Origin: a virus
DNA: 23,187 nucleotides
Direction: 5' to 3' (one strand)
UHGV virus genome: UHGV-0778869
The translations under genes and the position numbers were made by a program. Shown here in pieces: positions 15,245-23,187 of the stretch (position 1 is its first letter; every line of letters starts with the position of its first letter). The notes under the pieces were generated by a model, which was not told the DNA's origin, did no database searches, and was given only the letters and a program-made list of their open reading frames with translations.

Positions 15245-16292
15245 GCGCCGGGATTTACCCCCTAACCTTTATATAAGAAACAATGGATATTACTGCTACA
15301 GGGACCCAAGGACGGGTAAAGAGTTTGGATTAGGCAGAGACAGGAGGATAGCAATCACTGAAGCTATACAGGCCAACATTGAGTTATTTTCAGGACACAA
15401 ACACAAGCCTCTGACAGCGAGAATCAACAGTGATAATTCTGTTACGTTACATTCATGGCTTGATCGCTACGAAAAAATACTCGCCAGCAGAGGAATCAAG
15501 CAGAAGACACTCATAAATTACATGAGCAAAATTAAAGCAATAAGGAGGGGTCTGCCTGATGCTCCACTTGAAGACATCACCACAAAAGAAATTGCGGCAA
15601 TGCTCAATGGATATATAGACGATGGCAAGGCGGCGTCAGCCAAGTTAATCAGATCAACACTGAGCGATGCATTCCGAGAGGCAATAGCTGAAGGCCATAT
15701 AACAACAAACCCGGTCGCTGCCACTCGCGCAGCAAAATCAGAGGTAAGGAGATCAAGGCTTACGGCTGACGAATACCTGAAAATTTATCAAGCAGCAGAA
15801 TCATCACCATGTTGGCTCAGACTTGCAATGGAACTGGCTGTTGTTACCGGGCAGCGAGTTGGTGATTTATGCGAAATGAAGTGGTCTGATATCGTAGATG
15901 GATATCTTTATGTCGAGCAAAGCAAAACAGGCGTAAAAATTGCCATCCCAACAGCATTGCATGTTGATGCCCTCGGGATATCAATGAAGGAAACACTTGA
16001 TAAATGCAAAGAGATTCTTGGCGGAGAAACCATAATTGCATCTACTCGTCGTGAACCGCTTTCATCCGGCACAGTATCAAGGTATTTTATGCGCGCACGA
16101 AAAGCATCAGGTCTTTCCTTCGAAGGGGATCCGCCTACCTTTCACGAGTTGCGCAGTTTGTCTGCAAGACTCTATGAGAAGCAGATAAGCGATAAGTTTG
16201 CTCAACATCTTCTCGGGCATAAGTCGGACACCATGGCATCACAGTATCGTGATGACAGAGGCAGGGAGTGGGACAAAATTGAAATCAAATAA
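15222..16292 (+). CDS. int: Tyrosine integrase, lambda Int type (356 aa)
   Basis: MGRRRSHERRDLPPNLYIRNNGYYCYRDPRTGKEFGLGRDRRIAITEA... ...HELRSLSARLYEKQ...LLGHKSDTMASQYRDD: essentially lambda Int as recalled, with the R-H-R-Y catalytic region. Confidence 0.95.
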   Translation: MGRRRSHERRDLPPNLYIRNNGYYCYRDPRTGKEFGLGRDRRIAITEAIQANIELFSGHKHKPLTARINSDNSVTLHSWLDRYEKILASRGIKQKTLINYMSKIKAIRRGLPDAPLEDITTKEIAAMLNGYIDDGKAASAKLIRSTLSDAFREAIAEGHITTNPVAATRAAKSEVRRSRLTADEYLKIYQAAESSPCWLRLAMELAVVTGQRVGDLCEMKWSDIVDGYLYVEQSKTGVKIAIPTALHVDALGISMKETLDKCKEILGGETIIASTRREPLSSGTVSRYFMRARKASGLSFEGDPPTFHELRSLSARLYEKQISDKFAQHLLGHKSDTMASQYRDDRGREWDKIEIK

Positions 16293-16540
16293 TGATTTTA
16301 TTTTGACTGATAGTGACCTGTTCGTTGCAACAAATTGATAAGCAATGCTTTTTTATAATGCCAACTTAGTATAAAAAAGCTGAACGTGAAACATTAAAAA
16401 TCATTAATATCAATGCATTACAATATCTTTAGTCTAAAAAATAGACTACATAATGCGACAAAACACAACATATCCAGTCACTATGAATCAACCACTTAGA
16501 TGGTATTAGTGACCTGTAACAGAGCATTAGCGCAAGGTGA
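16293..16540. other. attP: P' arm, 15-bp core (16366-16380, reverse complement of GCTTTTTTATACTAA) and P arm
   Basis: P' arm and core match lambda attP as recalled; the P arm (16476-16525) is similar to lambda's but diverged. Confidence 0.85.
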
Positions 16541-16543
16541 TTT

Positions 16544-16584
16544 TTGTCTTCTTGCGCTAATTTTTTGTCAACATACTGGGTTAT
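16544..16584 (+). terminator. sib / tI-like hairpin terminator downstream of attP
   Basis: Stem TTAGCGCAAG / CTTGCGCTAA (10 bp), 14-nt loop, then TTTTTTG; matches the lambda sib/tI region as recalled. Confidence 0.75.
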
Positions 16585-16781
16585 CTGAATTTACAACCAT
16601 GCTCAGTATCTCGATAAGCGCAGAGAAATGATGCAGTGGTGGGCGGACTGGCTTGATGAAAAGGTGGAGTGATCCACCTTTACCATTATCGAAGAGAACA
16701 AAGCCTTGCAAGCCAATGCAAAGCTTTGTGTGTCCCGTTTTTGTCTCAACATAGCCTTAGATATAGACAACGCAATCACTT

Positions 16782-18848
16782 TTATTGGAATGAAATACTG
16801 CACTCCATTTCAGTTGGTGACCCTGTATTGCTGTACGTTACAATAGTCCATGAGGTTGCAGATACCTTGTTTACGACCATGTATCTCCCAGTTCCTGGTG
16901 ACGTAAATGTATATCCTGCAGTCGACATGTCTGTCGGAAATGTTATCACCCAAACACCAGGTGATGTTTTGGATGCTAAGCATCCAACTGCTGATAACAG
17001 AACTCCTGAGCTATTTATATTTACAACACATGGTGAGTTTATAATCTTAACAACACCTGTATCAAGTATGTATGTATCAAACACTTTACCTATTCTGTTG
17101 CCATTTAGGTATGTAACTGCTGTTGCTGACAATCCAGCCCTGTTCCTTAAAACAGTTGAAACTCCAAGCCCTGAGCAATTAGTTACTTGCTGATCTGATA
17201 CCATTCCTGAAGTTGAACTAAATTGCTCCATAATTGCATCAACGGTATTTGACCCATTAAAGCAGTTGAATGAAACGTTCTCTAACTTATTCCTTCTCAC
17301 TGACTTTCCTGAGTCAGATCTAACGTTGCAGATTCTGTTGTACTGCCCTGGAGTGTTTATTTGTACAAATCCACCTCTTATCTTGTTGTCAAGACAGTCT
17401 GTTAATGATTCGCTATGGTCGTATAAATCATACGCTCTTTTAAAATCACCATTATTATTCATGAAGATTAAAACATCTTCTATGAGATTGTTACTACAAC
17501 CTTGAATAGCTATCACGCTATCATTACCATTAAAAGCACCATTTGCGATACTGGTAAATTTACCGCCAACAATCTTGCAGTTAGTGCATCCGCGTGAGAA
17601 CTTAATGTTATTGTTACCACCTATAGCGCCATCGACATTCCCAAGAACTGATGAATTATGAATTCCTTCACAGTTTATGAACTGAAAATCAGTAGTAGGA
17701 AATCCAATACCGTCAGCAGAAGTAGCATGATAATTAACAAGCAGCCCGTTTTCTGCGTATCCTCCCTGAACAAACCCACCCTTAACTCCAAGTATCTCCA
17801 TGTTACCACCGGCCTTAGATTGTCCTATAAACCTTGGCATGGTTATCTCAGGGTCAATAGCGCCGATAACGACAAAGTTACCATGGTTAGCTCCCTTATG
17901 ACCGGTTCCATCAAAGGTGCATCTAATGGCCCTTATCTTTGATCGTCTAGTTGAATCAGCAGATCCGTAAGAAGTATTTCCCATTCTTAATGGCGTCACA
18001 TCTGAATCACCATTGAAATACAGATCTCTTACTTCTATATTATTCCCTGTTAATTCTATTGCACCAAAGCTCTTATTAAACAATGATCCTGTCAAAGTTA
18101 TTCTAGCCTGATTGATGGCTAATATTTTTTTATTGTCAAGGCTTGATATTACGTTATTTGTTATTTTTACATTTATATCTATGTAAATCTCATCAAAATA
18201 TATTAACAACATACTGATTAGTGATGTTATATCACTGTCAGGTGATGTCCAGTCGCTAATTTTTGTGCTTCTAGACCGTGTTCTTTTTTCAAGATAACAA
18301 GTTACCCCGCCAATCACTGCGGAGTTTTGACTCAATGACGATATTGTTCCGCTTGCTGGAGGTGATATATAAAATAATCCAAATTCAGTGTGAATATCTG
18401 TTGTACCAACAGGAATAATATCTCCAACCTTTGCCGTAGCTCTTACATCATTAGGGAATACAACCCCTGGCAATATTTCGTCACGCATTTCATTGACGTA
18501 TACTCTTAACTGGTCAGGGTCATACTTCAACACATTAGGAAAATAGAACTGCTGCGCACCATATGCATCATAAACAGCCATCGAATGACCTTGCACGGTA
18601 ACGAATTTGGCAATCTGTCCGTTATATACCGGGTAACCAGCAGCGTTAATGATGATTGGTTGCGAAACAGGAACGTGAGAACCGTCTTCGTTCTCCACAT
18701 AAACCTGAATCTGGTTTTCAGGATTTACCGGATCCGTGTCAATTTTACCGATATAAATTTTGCCATTGGCTACGGCTTTAAAAGAACGAGCCATAGTGAA
18801 GAGTTGCGAAGGCATGCTTACCACAACATTTGCGGTGATATCTGACAT
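16782..18848 (-). CDS. Tailspike protein: P22-type N-terminal head-binding domain fused to a distinct beta-helix receptor-binding domain (about 688 aa)
   Basis: ATG 18848 with GGAG SD; N-terminus [43 protein letters not shown]...NVLKYDPDQ parallels P22 gp9 residues 1-110; the rest is Gly/Asn-rich repeats typical of right-handed beta-helix depolymerases and unlike P22 gp9. Confidence 0.85.
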   Translation of the reverse strand: MSDITANVVVSMPSQLFTMARSFKAVANGKIYIGKIDTDPVNPENQIQVYVENEDGSHVPVSQPIIINAAGYPVYNGQIAKFVTVQGHSMAVYDAYGAQQFYFPNVLKYDPDQLRVYVNEMRDEILPGVVFPNDVRATAKVGDIIPVGTTDIHTEFGLFYISPPASGTISSLSQNSAVIGGVTCYLEKRTRSRSTKISDWTSPDSDITSLISMLLIYFDEIYIDINVKITNNVISSLDNKKILAINQARITLTGSLFNKSFGAIELTGNNIEVRDLYFNGDSDVTPLRMGNTSYGSADSTRRSKIRAIRCTFDGTGHKGANHGNFVVIGAIDPEITMPRFIGQSKAGGNMEILGVKGGFVQGGYAENGLLVNYHATSADGIGFPTTDFQFINCEGIHNSSVLGNVDGAIGGNNNIKFSRGCTNCKIVGGKFTSIANGAFNGNDSVIAIQGCSNNLIEDVLIFMNNNGDFKRAYDLYDHSESLTDCLDNKIRGGFVQINTPGQYNRICNVRSDSGKSVRRNKLENVSFNCFNGSNTVDAIMEQFSSTSGMVSDQQVTNCSGLGVSTVLRNRAGLSATAVTYLNGNRIGKVFDTYILDTGVVKIINSPCVVNINSSGVLLSAVGCLASKTSPGVWVITFPTDMSTAGYTFTSPGTGRYMVVNKVSATSWTIVTYSNTGSPTEMECSISFQ

Positions 18849-18969
18849 TTCATTGCTCCAGACGAATGATATGATGCAACCATGATGTGATTGCATACCG
18901 AAATGGTACTATTGAGTATTTATCCAGTAGGTTACGATGCCATTCCACCCAACTGGTGAGGCATCAAGG

Positions 18970-19236
18970 ATGTACAGCAAATACGACGAGGCGCAGTTTC
19001 ACTTGAGACTTCCGCATGAACTCCACGCGAAAATTAAGCAGCGTGCGAAGATGAATAACAGGTCGCTGAACTCAGAGATAATTGCAGCGATTGAAGAATC
19101 ATTGGCTAAACAAAGCTCTGCATCTGTTTACATTGACGATGCAGAGCGTATGGCAGAACAACAATCTGAGATGGTTAAGAAAATTGTCTTTGATACGCTT
19201 AAGACCATGTATAGCAATAATAAAAAGGAAACATAG
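18970..19236 (+). CDS. mnt: Mnt-like ribbon-helix-helix repressor (about 88 aa)
   Basis: AQFHLRLPHELHAKIKQRAKMNNRSLNSEIIAAIEESL ... DAERMAEQQSEMVKKIVFDTLK parallels P22 Mnt as recalled; start uncertain (ATG 18970 or 18937). Confidence 0.75.
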   Translation: MYSKYDEAQFHLRLPHELHAKIKQRAKMNNRSLNSEIIAAIEESLAKQSSASVYIDDAERMAEQQSEMVKKIVFDTLKTMYSNNKKET

Positions 19237-19306
19237 AAATCTAGTTTCCGGCTAAAATGGCATTGCCTTCATGATATCCTGTGAAAAACTAAGGAGAGTT
19301 AACCAT

Positions 19307-19792
19307 ATGAAAAAGTCACTGTTAATTATCCCGCTTCTGCTGGTTGGATGCGCAAAAGTAAGTGACTATCAAGCAAGTTGCGAACAACGCTATCAAAAGC
19401 TTAGCGATATGGCTAATTGCCTTGATGCCAGTGTGAAGAACGACTCACGCATGGCATCAGCACCAACACCTAAGCTGTATGTCCTTGCTGCAAAGATGCT
19501 CGGGCAAAGTGTCGATGAAGGCAAGATAAGTGACGCACAGGCAAGACTTGAGCTTCAGAATCTTTATGTTCAATTACAAAGCCAAGAACAAGCCCAACAA
19601 ATAGCACAAAGCCAAGCATTCCAGCAGGCTTTATTGAATTATCAGGCTGTAAACACAATGCAAGCGATCGAGCAAAAAGCGAGACAGCCTGTTATAACTC
19701 AACCCTATCCAACACGAGTTGACACTTACACAAACTGCAATTCAGGATTTGGAAACACGGTAACATGCAACAGTAGCAGTAGCATCAGATAA
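19307..19792 (+). CDS. Lipoprotein (161 aa) with Gln-rich mature domain
   Basis: AAGGAGAG SD; signal peptide MKKSLLIIPLLLVGC with lipobox LVGC; located between mnt and the ejection-protein gene. Confidence 0.7.
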   Translation: MKKSLLIIPLLLVGCAKVSDYQASCEQRYQKLSDMANCLDASVKNDSRMASAPTPKLYVLAAKMLGQSVDEGKISDAQARLELQNLYVQLQSQEQAQQIAQSQAFQQALLNYQAVNTMQAIEQKARQPVITQPYPTRVDTYTNCNSGFGNTVTCNSSSSIR

Positions 19793-19813
19793 CAATCAGC
19801 AAAGGTATCGCCT

Positions 19814-19891
19814 ATGCAGAGGGATACGATAAACCTCGCGTTCTACATATTTGGTTTTTGCACGTTCCTGGTGTTTGAAAGGCTATTCTGA
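19814..19891 (+). CDS. Candidate hydrophobic mini-peptide (25 aa), weakly supported
   Basis: MQRDTINLAFYIFGFCTFLVFERLF; weak SD; 3' end overlaps the convergent ejection-protein gene. Confidence 0.2.
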   Translation: MQRDTINLAFYIFGFCTFLVFERLF

Positions 19892-21880
19892 CAACGAATC
19901 AGACTTCGCACCCTGCGTCAGTGCATTAATCGCTTTTTGCGCTTGCTGCATGGCTTTCTCAAACGCTGTCGATCCGCGTTGTGTGTTTGCCATTCGTAGC
20001 ATTGCATTTCTGAATGGCTCACTCTCATAGGCGCGAGTAAGAAGTCCGTAGCTTACCGCTGCGCCAGTTGTCGCCGGGTTCATTGCTGTCCCATACCCGA
20101 TAATGAACGGGATGGTTTGCTGCCCTGTTGGTGTTGTTACTGCCGCTTTTGCAGCCTGCTGCGTGGATTGCAGGTAGTTTTTCAATCCTTTCAGATAAGC
20201 AGCGTCCTGCCCCTTAAATGTGATGCCAGTCTGGTTTTGCAGGATGTTAAGCTGTCGAAGGAACTGATCAGGGGAACCCCCTGATTTCTCCATCGCCTTT
20301 CCAATGATGCCATTGCGCATTTGCGCCCTGCCAACACGACCAACTGAGTTATACAGCGTCTTAATTTCCGATTTGTTCTTGCTGAATAGCATGTTGTTGA
20401 CAACTTCCGGCGTCAGATCGCCTTTCATGAGAACATTCTTCAGCCTGGTATTCTTTAGTTTCGCCGCTTCGTTAGCGTAGACGGCATTGGCCTGCTGATA
20501 TTTACGGAGAGTATCGTTGCCAAGATTCTGACCAATGGCACCATTGATATCGTCTGTCATCGCCTTGTAAACGCGCTGAATGGCAGCATCGGAACGGTTT
20601 GGTAACACTGGTCGCTCCCCCTTCACGTCCATTCTGAACTGGCTGCGCAGATCGCTTAATTGCTTCAAATCCAGATTTACCGGACCATCAGGACTAGCAT
20701 TGCGAACAAGCTCATCACGATAGGACTGAAGTTTTGAAATAGTCTCGTTATCAGCAACCTTACCAAGCTTCTGCAGGTTAGATATTTCTGTATCAATCTG
20801 CTGAATTGCTCGCGCAGGCTGAATGTTTACTCCAGCCATAGCATTCTGAACCTGCTCCAGTCGATTACCGGCGGCACGACGAATTCCTGATGTTTTCGCT
20901 TTAAGGCTGTCAATAACAACCGCTGGATCATACTCACCGAATTTATCGGCAAATCTCTGCACCAACTGGCTTCTCGCTTCCTGTTGCGTTGCTCTCATTC
21001 CGCTTGTGCCAGCCAGGGGGATATTTTCTGCTGTAGTCTGCGCCATTTTCCCGACGCGGGAAGTAGGCTGTAACAGGTCTGTGGTGTGCAGAGGAACTCC
21101 TTCACGCTCTGCAAACCTGATAGCCTGTTGAGCTTCTGGTGCTATCGAACCACGAACACCACGATAAGCAGCACCTAATCCACGTCCGGCAGCGTTAATA
21201 GCACCGCCAGCCAGCACACCAACGCCTAAATCGGTGGCGAGTGCTTCCGCATCATCTTTCGCACTGTTTGCAGCAAGTGATCCAACTGCGTTTTCTGCTA
21301 GAAGACGAGTTGCAACCTGAGCAATTCGACCAGCAAGTGTTGGTGCCTGTGTTGCCGCTCTCTCAACGCCAGCAGGAGTGAGGTAAGGCAATGCTTCAGC
21401 AAATACCCTTCCCTCTGTCGTTTGTGGAGTCAGCGCGCCTTGCTGAAGGCCAAAGTCCTGCTCTAATCCCTGCGTTGTTACTCGTGGCGCTGGTTGATAT
21501 GTCCCATCGCCAATTCCGAGTTTACCGCCAGCCCAAGCCGCCGCGCTTGTTACAGCATCGGCAACTGATGCAGGTATGTTTGCCACGTTCACGCCAGCCT
21601 GCACCAGTCCGCGACCAGTTTCTTTCACGGCTTCGCCAAGATCAGACATAAATCCACTTTGCTGTGGTTGTTGCTGTGCTACTGGTTGCTGTGTCTCCAC
21701 TGGCTGCACAGATGGCAATGGATAGGCAGCATAGAAAGCTTGCTTAGCCTGCTCTGCATTTTCTCCGGCTTGCGGGGCAACGACTTCTTTGAAGTATTGC
21801 TCCTGAGCCTGCGCTTTTTGTTCTGGTGCTAACGCCTGATACTGTGGAGAGGCGATAACATCTTTCCATGCTTTAGCCAT
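19883..21880 (-). CDS. Ejection / DNA-transfer protein (P22 gp16 position, 665 aa)
   Basis: Large Ala/Gln/Gly-rich protein upstream of the immI-like region; start overlaps the upstream gene stop (TAATG). Confidence 0.7.
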   Translation of the reverse strand: MAKAWKDVIASPQYQALAPEQKAQAQEQYFKEVVAPQAGENAEQAKQAFYAAYPLPSVQPVETQQPVAQQQPQQSGFMSDLGEAVKETGRGLVQAGVNVANIPASVADAVTSAAAWAGGKLGIGDGTYQPAPRVTTQGLEQDFGLQQGALTPQTTEGRVFAEALPYLTPAGVERAATQAPTLAGRIAQVATRLLAENAVGSLAANSAKDDAEALATDLGVGVLAGGAINAAGRGLGAAYRGVRGSIAPEAQQAIRFAEREGVPLHTTDLLQPTSRVGKMAQTTAENIPLAGTSGMRATQQEARSQLVQRFADKFGEYDPAVVIDSLKAKTSGIRRAAGNRLEQVQNAMAGVNIQPARAIQQIDTEISNLQKLGKVADNETISKLQSYRDELVRNASPDGPVNLDLKQLSDLRSQFRMDVKGERPVLPNRSDAAIQRVYKAMTDDINGAIGQNLGNDTLRKYQQANAVYANEAAKLKNTRLKNVLMKGDLTPEVVNNMLFSKNKSEIKTLYNSVGRVGRAQMRNGIIGKAMEKSGGSPDQFLRQLNILQNQTGITFKGQDAAYLKGLKNYLQSTQQAAKAAVTTPTGQQTIPFIIGYGTAMNPATTGAAVSYGLLTRAYESEPFRNAMLRMANTQRGSTAFEKAMQQAQKAINALTQGAKSDSLSE

Positions 21881-23187
21881 TAATCACCCCATAGTGAAGA
21901 AAAGTTACTGCCAGTAGTAGATTGTTGCCCTGGCATATTCTGCACCGGCTCCTGATAATCAAACTGTTTTTTAACAGTGCTCAACTTGCTTTCAAGCTGA
22001 TTTCTAATCTTTCCGATAGAGTCACGAAAAGCCTTTTCACTCATTTTGGGGCTTAGGGCACCAACCGCATCGGATAATTTTTTACCCTCAGCATCTGAAA
22101 GAGCCCCCATACCCTTAAGGGACTGCACCATAGGAAGGAATGTTTGAGCTTTAAAGGTGTCGAGCCTTGCTTCAAAGTTAGCTGCATCAGAGCCAGGAAC
22201 TGTCGGAAACGCTGAGCGAATTCCTACTGCTTTTGAAAGGCCTGGGCTTTGCTCTATCTCGTTGAGAGAATCAAGCGCTGTGCTGAACGTATCAACTGCA
22301 CCCTGAGCGGCGGCCTGCCTGTCAGCGCGGGCTATGTCAGCCTTTTGCCGAACATCTGCCTGTTTCTGTTTTAGCTCTTCAAGCTTTAACTGATTGCTTT
22401 CTCTGGCTATCTGTCTGTCCAGAGCCTTTTCTTGTAATTCTGCTCTTTGTATTTCTCGGGAAAGAGCAGCATTCTGTGCGCTGATGTTCTGTCCACGTAT
22501 CTGGATGTCCTGACCTCGAGCTGTTAGTGCTTCTCCTGCCTGATTGCTGCGGATTGTCTCTGCCAGTCTGCCTCGGTCAATCTCACGACCAGCCATCTTG
22601 TCCTGAACATTGAAGTAATCAATCGGACCAAGAGCAGCCATTCCAAGGTGATCAACAAACTCACCAAATCCTGAAGGATTCTGCTGATACATCTGAGCAA
22701 CGTTGTTAGGGTCAACACCGACGCGATTCAGTTCCTTGGCGTTGTTTTGCAGCCATGATTGCATTGCTTCTGGAGATGATGATGCAAGGCGAGCGCCAGC
22801 CGCTAAGGTGCCGATAGAATTGCGCTGGTCTTCATCAATGAACCCCATGCCTTTACGAATAGATTCAATCTGGTCTGGATATTGAGTAGCCAACTGACGC
22901 AAAGCTCCGCGATCACCAGACGCATAACCCCTCCGTAGCGTAGTTCCGCCATGCGTAGCGGTGCTGAACGAACGGAAGTGCTCCCGACCGAGCGAGATAC
23001 CCACGAGGAAGCAAGGCGGAGGGCTTTGCCCACACCGCACATAAACGCTTGACTCTGCGCAGCAGTGCCAAACACCGCTTTTTGACCGAGCGACCGAGGG
23101 TGCACGGAGAGAGTGAAGCTGAGCGGAGGATGGCGGATGCGTAGCGTAGGAGCGTGGCTGCGGTGGTCTGAGCATAGCGAAGTCCAC
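21880..23187 (-). CDS. Ejection protein (P22 gp20 position), N-terminus beyond the window edge
   Basis: Open frame to the window edge; residues encoded from about 22900 downward are protein-like (coiled coil, Ala/Gln-rich); the segment 22900-23187 is compositionally anomalous. Confidence 0.6.
   Translation of the reverse strand: MDFAMLRPPQPRSYATHPPSSAQLHSLRAPSVARSKSGVWHCCAESSVYVRCGQSPPPCFLVGISLGREHFRSFSTATHGGTTLRRGYASGDRGALRQLATQYPDQIESIRKGMGFIDEDQRNSIGTLAAGARLASSSPEAMQSWLQNNAKELNRVGVDPNNVAQMYQQNPSGFGEFVDHLGMAALGPIDYFNVQDKMAGREIDRGRLAETIRSNQAGEALTARGQDIQIRGQNISAQNAALSREIQRAELQEKALDRQIARESNQLKLEELKQKQADVRQKADIARADRQAAAQGAVDTFSTALDSLNEIEQSPGLSKAVGIRSAFPTVPGSDAANFEARLDTFKAQTFLPMVQSLKGMGALSDAEGKKLSDAVGALSPKMSEKAFRDSIGKIRNQLESKLSTVKKQFDYQEPVQNMPGQQSTTGSNFSSLWGD

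Larger units (their letters stand above)
1..23187. mobile_element. Temperate lambdoid phage genome segment with P22-like organisation (nin region, replication, immunity, pL operon, int-attP, tailspike, immI-like, ejection genes)
   Basis: Gene order and content along the whole window; lambda-type int/xis/attP; P22-type tailspike N-terminus, mnt, N (gp24-like) and DnaB-type helicase. Confidence 0.9.

Noticed and set aside
16659-16727. Hairpin AAAGGTGGA / TCCACCTTT and palindromes CTTGCAAG, CAAAGCTTTG downstream of the tailspike
   Set aside because: Could be a tailspike terminator or protein-binding site, but the T-run is weak and embedded in the stem; not confident enough to annotate.
16603-17193. 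ORFs 16603..16803 (-) and 16669..17193 (+) at the tailspike 3' end
   Set aside because: They overlap the tailspike coding sequence or its downstream region with no RBS; the tailspike call is far better supported.
18849-18969. Search for a P22-type Mnt or Arc operator in the mnt-tailspike interval
   Set aside because: Only a weak CACC-N5-GGTG dyad (18946-18958) was found; no convincing match to the P22 operators as recalled.
20191-21651. ORFs 20191..20403 (-) and 21391..21651 (+) inside the gp16-position gene
   Set aside because: Alternative-frame or antisense ORFs within a long well-supported gene; Pro/Arg-rich implausible products.
22524-23105. ORFs 22524..22718 (-), 22703..22885 (+) and 22803..23105 (-)
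   Set aside because: They overlap the gp20-position reading frame; the last reflects the anomalous GC-rich segment reported as a finding rather than an independent gene.
1-23187. Integrated prophage with attL/attR junctions, tRNA, rRNA or CRISPR array
   Set aside because: The att site has phage-type arms on both sides of the core; no tRNA-like T-loop motifs, no rRNA, and no regularly spaced repeat-spacer array were seen (the only tandem repeats are the ori iterons).

Overview
The window reads as more than half of a temperate lambdoid phage genome with P22-like architecture, and an intact attP suggests it is not integrated here. It is oriented opposite to the usual lambda map. Minus strand, 1-6460: frameshifted ninI phosphatase, ninH, ninG, ninF, an unknown gene, ninE, a Dam-type methyltransferase, an HNH endonuclease, ninB, a tR2-like terminator, a DnaB-type helicase, an O-like initiator with internal iterons, a cII-like gene and cro. 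The immunity region (6490-7930) has a CI/C2-like repressor flanked by two tripartite operator clusters and matching nutR/nutL sites. Plus strand, 8242-16292: N-like antiterminator, a long accessory operon (Sak4-like ATPase, SSB-like protein, Ea22-like, Lar-like zinc-ribbon proteins, four intrinsic terminators), then lambda-type xis and int, attP and a sib/tI hairpin. Beyond attP lie a convergent P22-type tailspike, an mnt-like repressor, a lipoprotein, and two ejection-protein genes running off the edge. No tRNA, rRNA or CRISPR array was seen. Product calls rest on recalled protein sequences and motifs, not on any search. I found no clearly novel multi-gene system; the best candidates for undescribed functions are the lysogen-expressed membrane protein after cI, the lipoprotein in the sieA position, the small zinc-ribbon proteins, and an anomalous GC-rich segment at 22900-23187.
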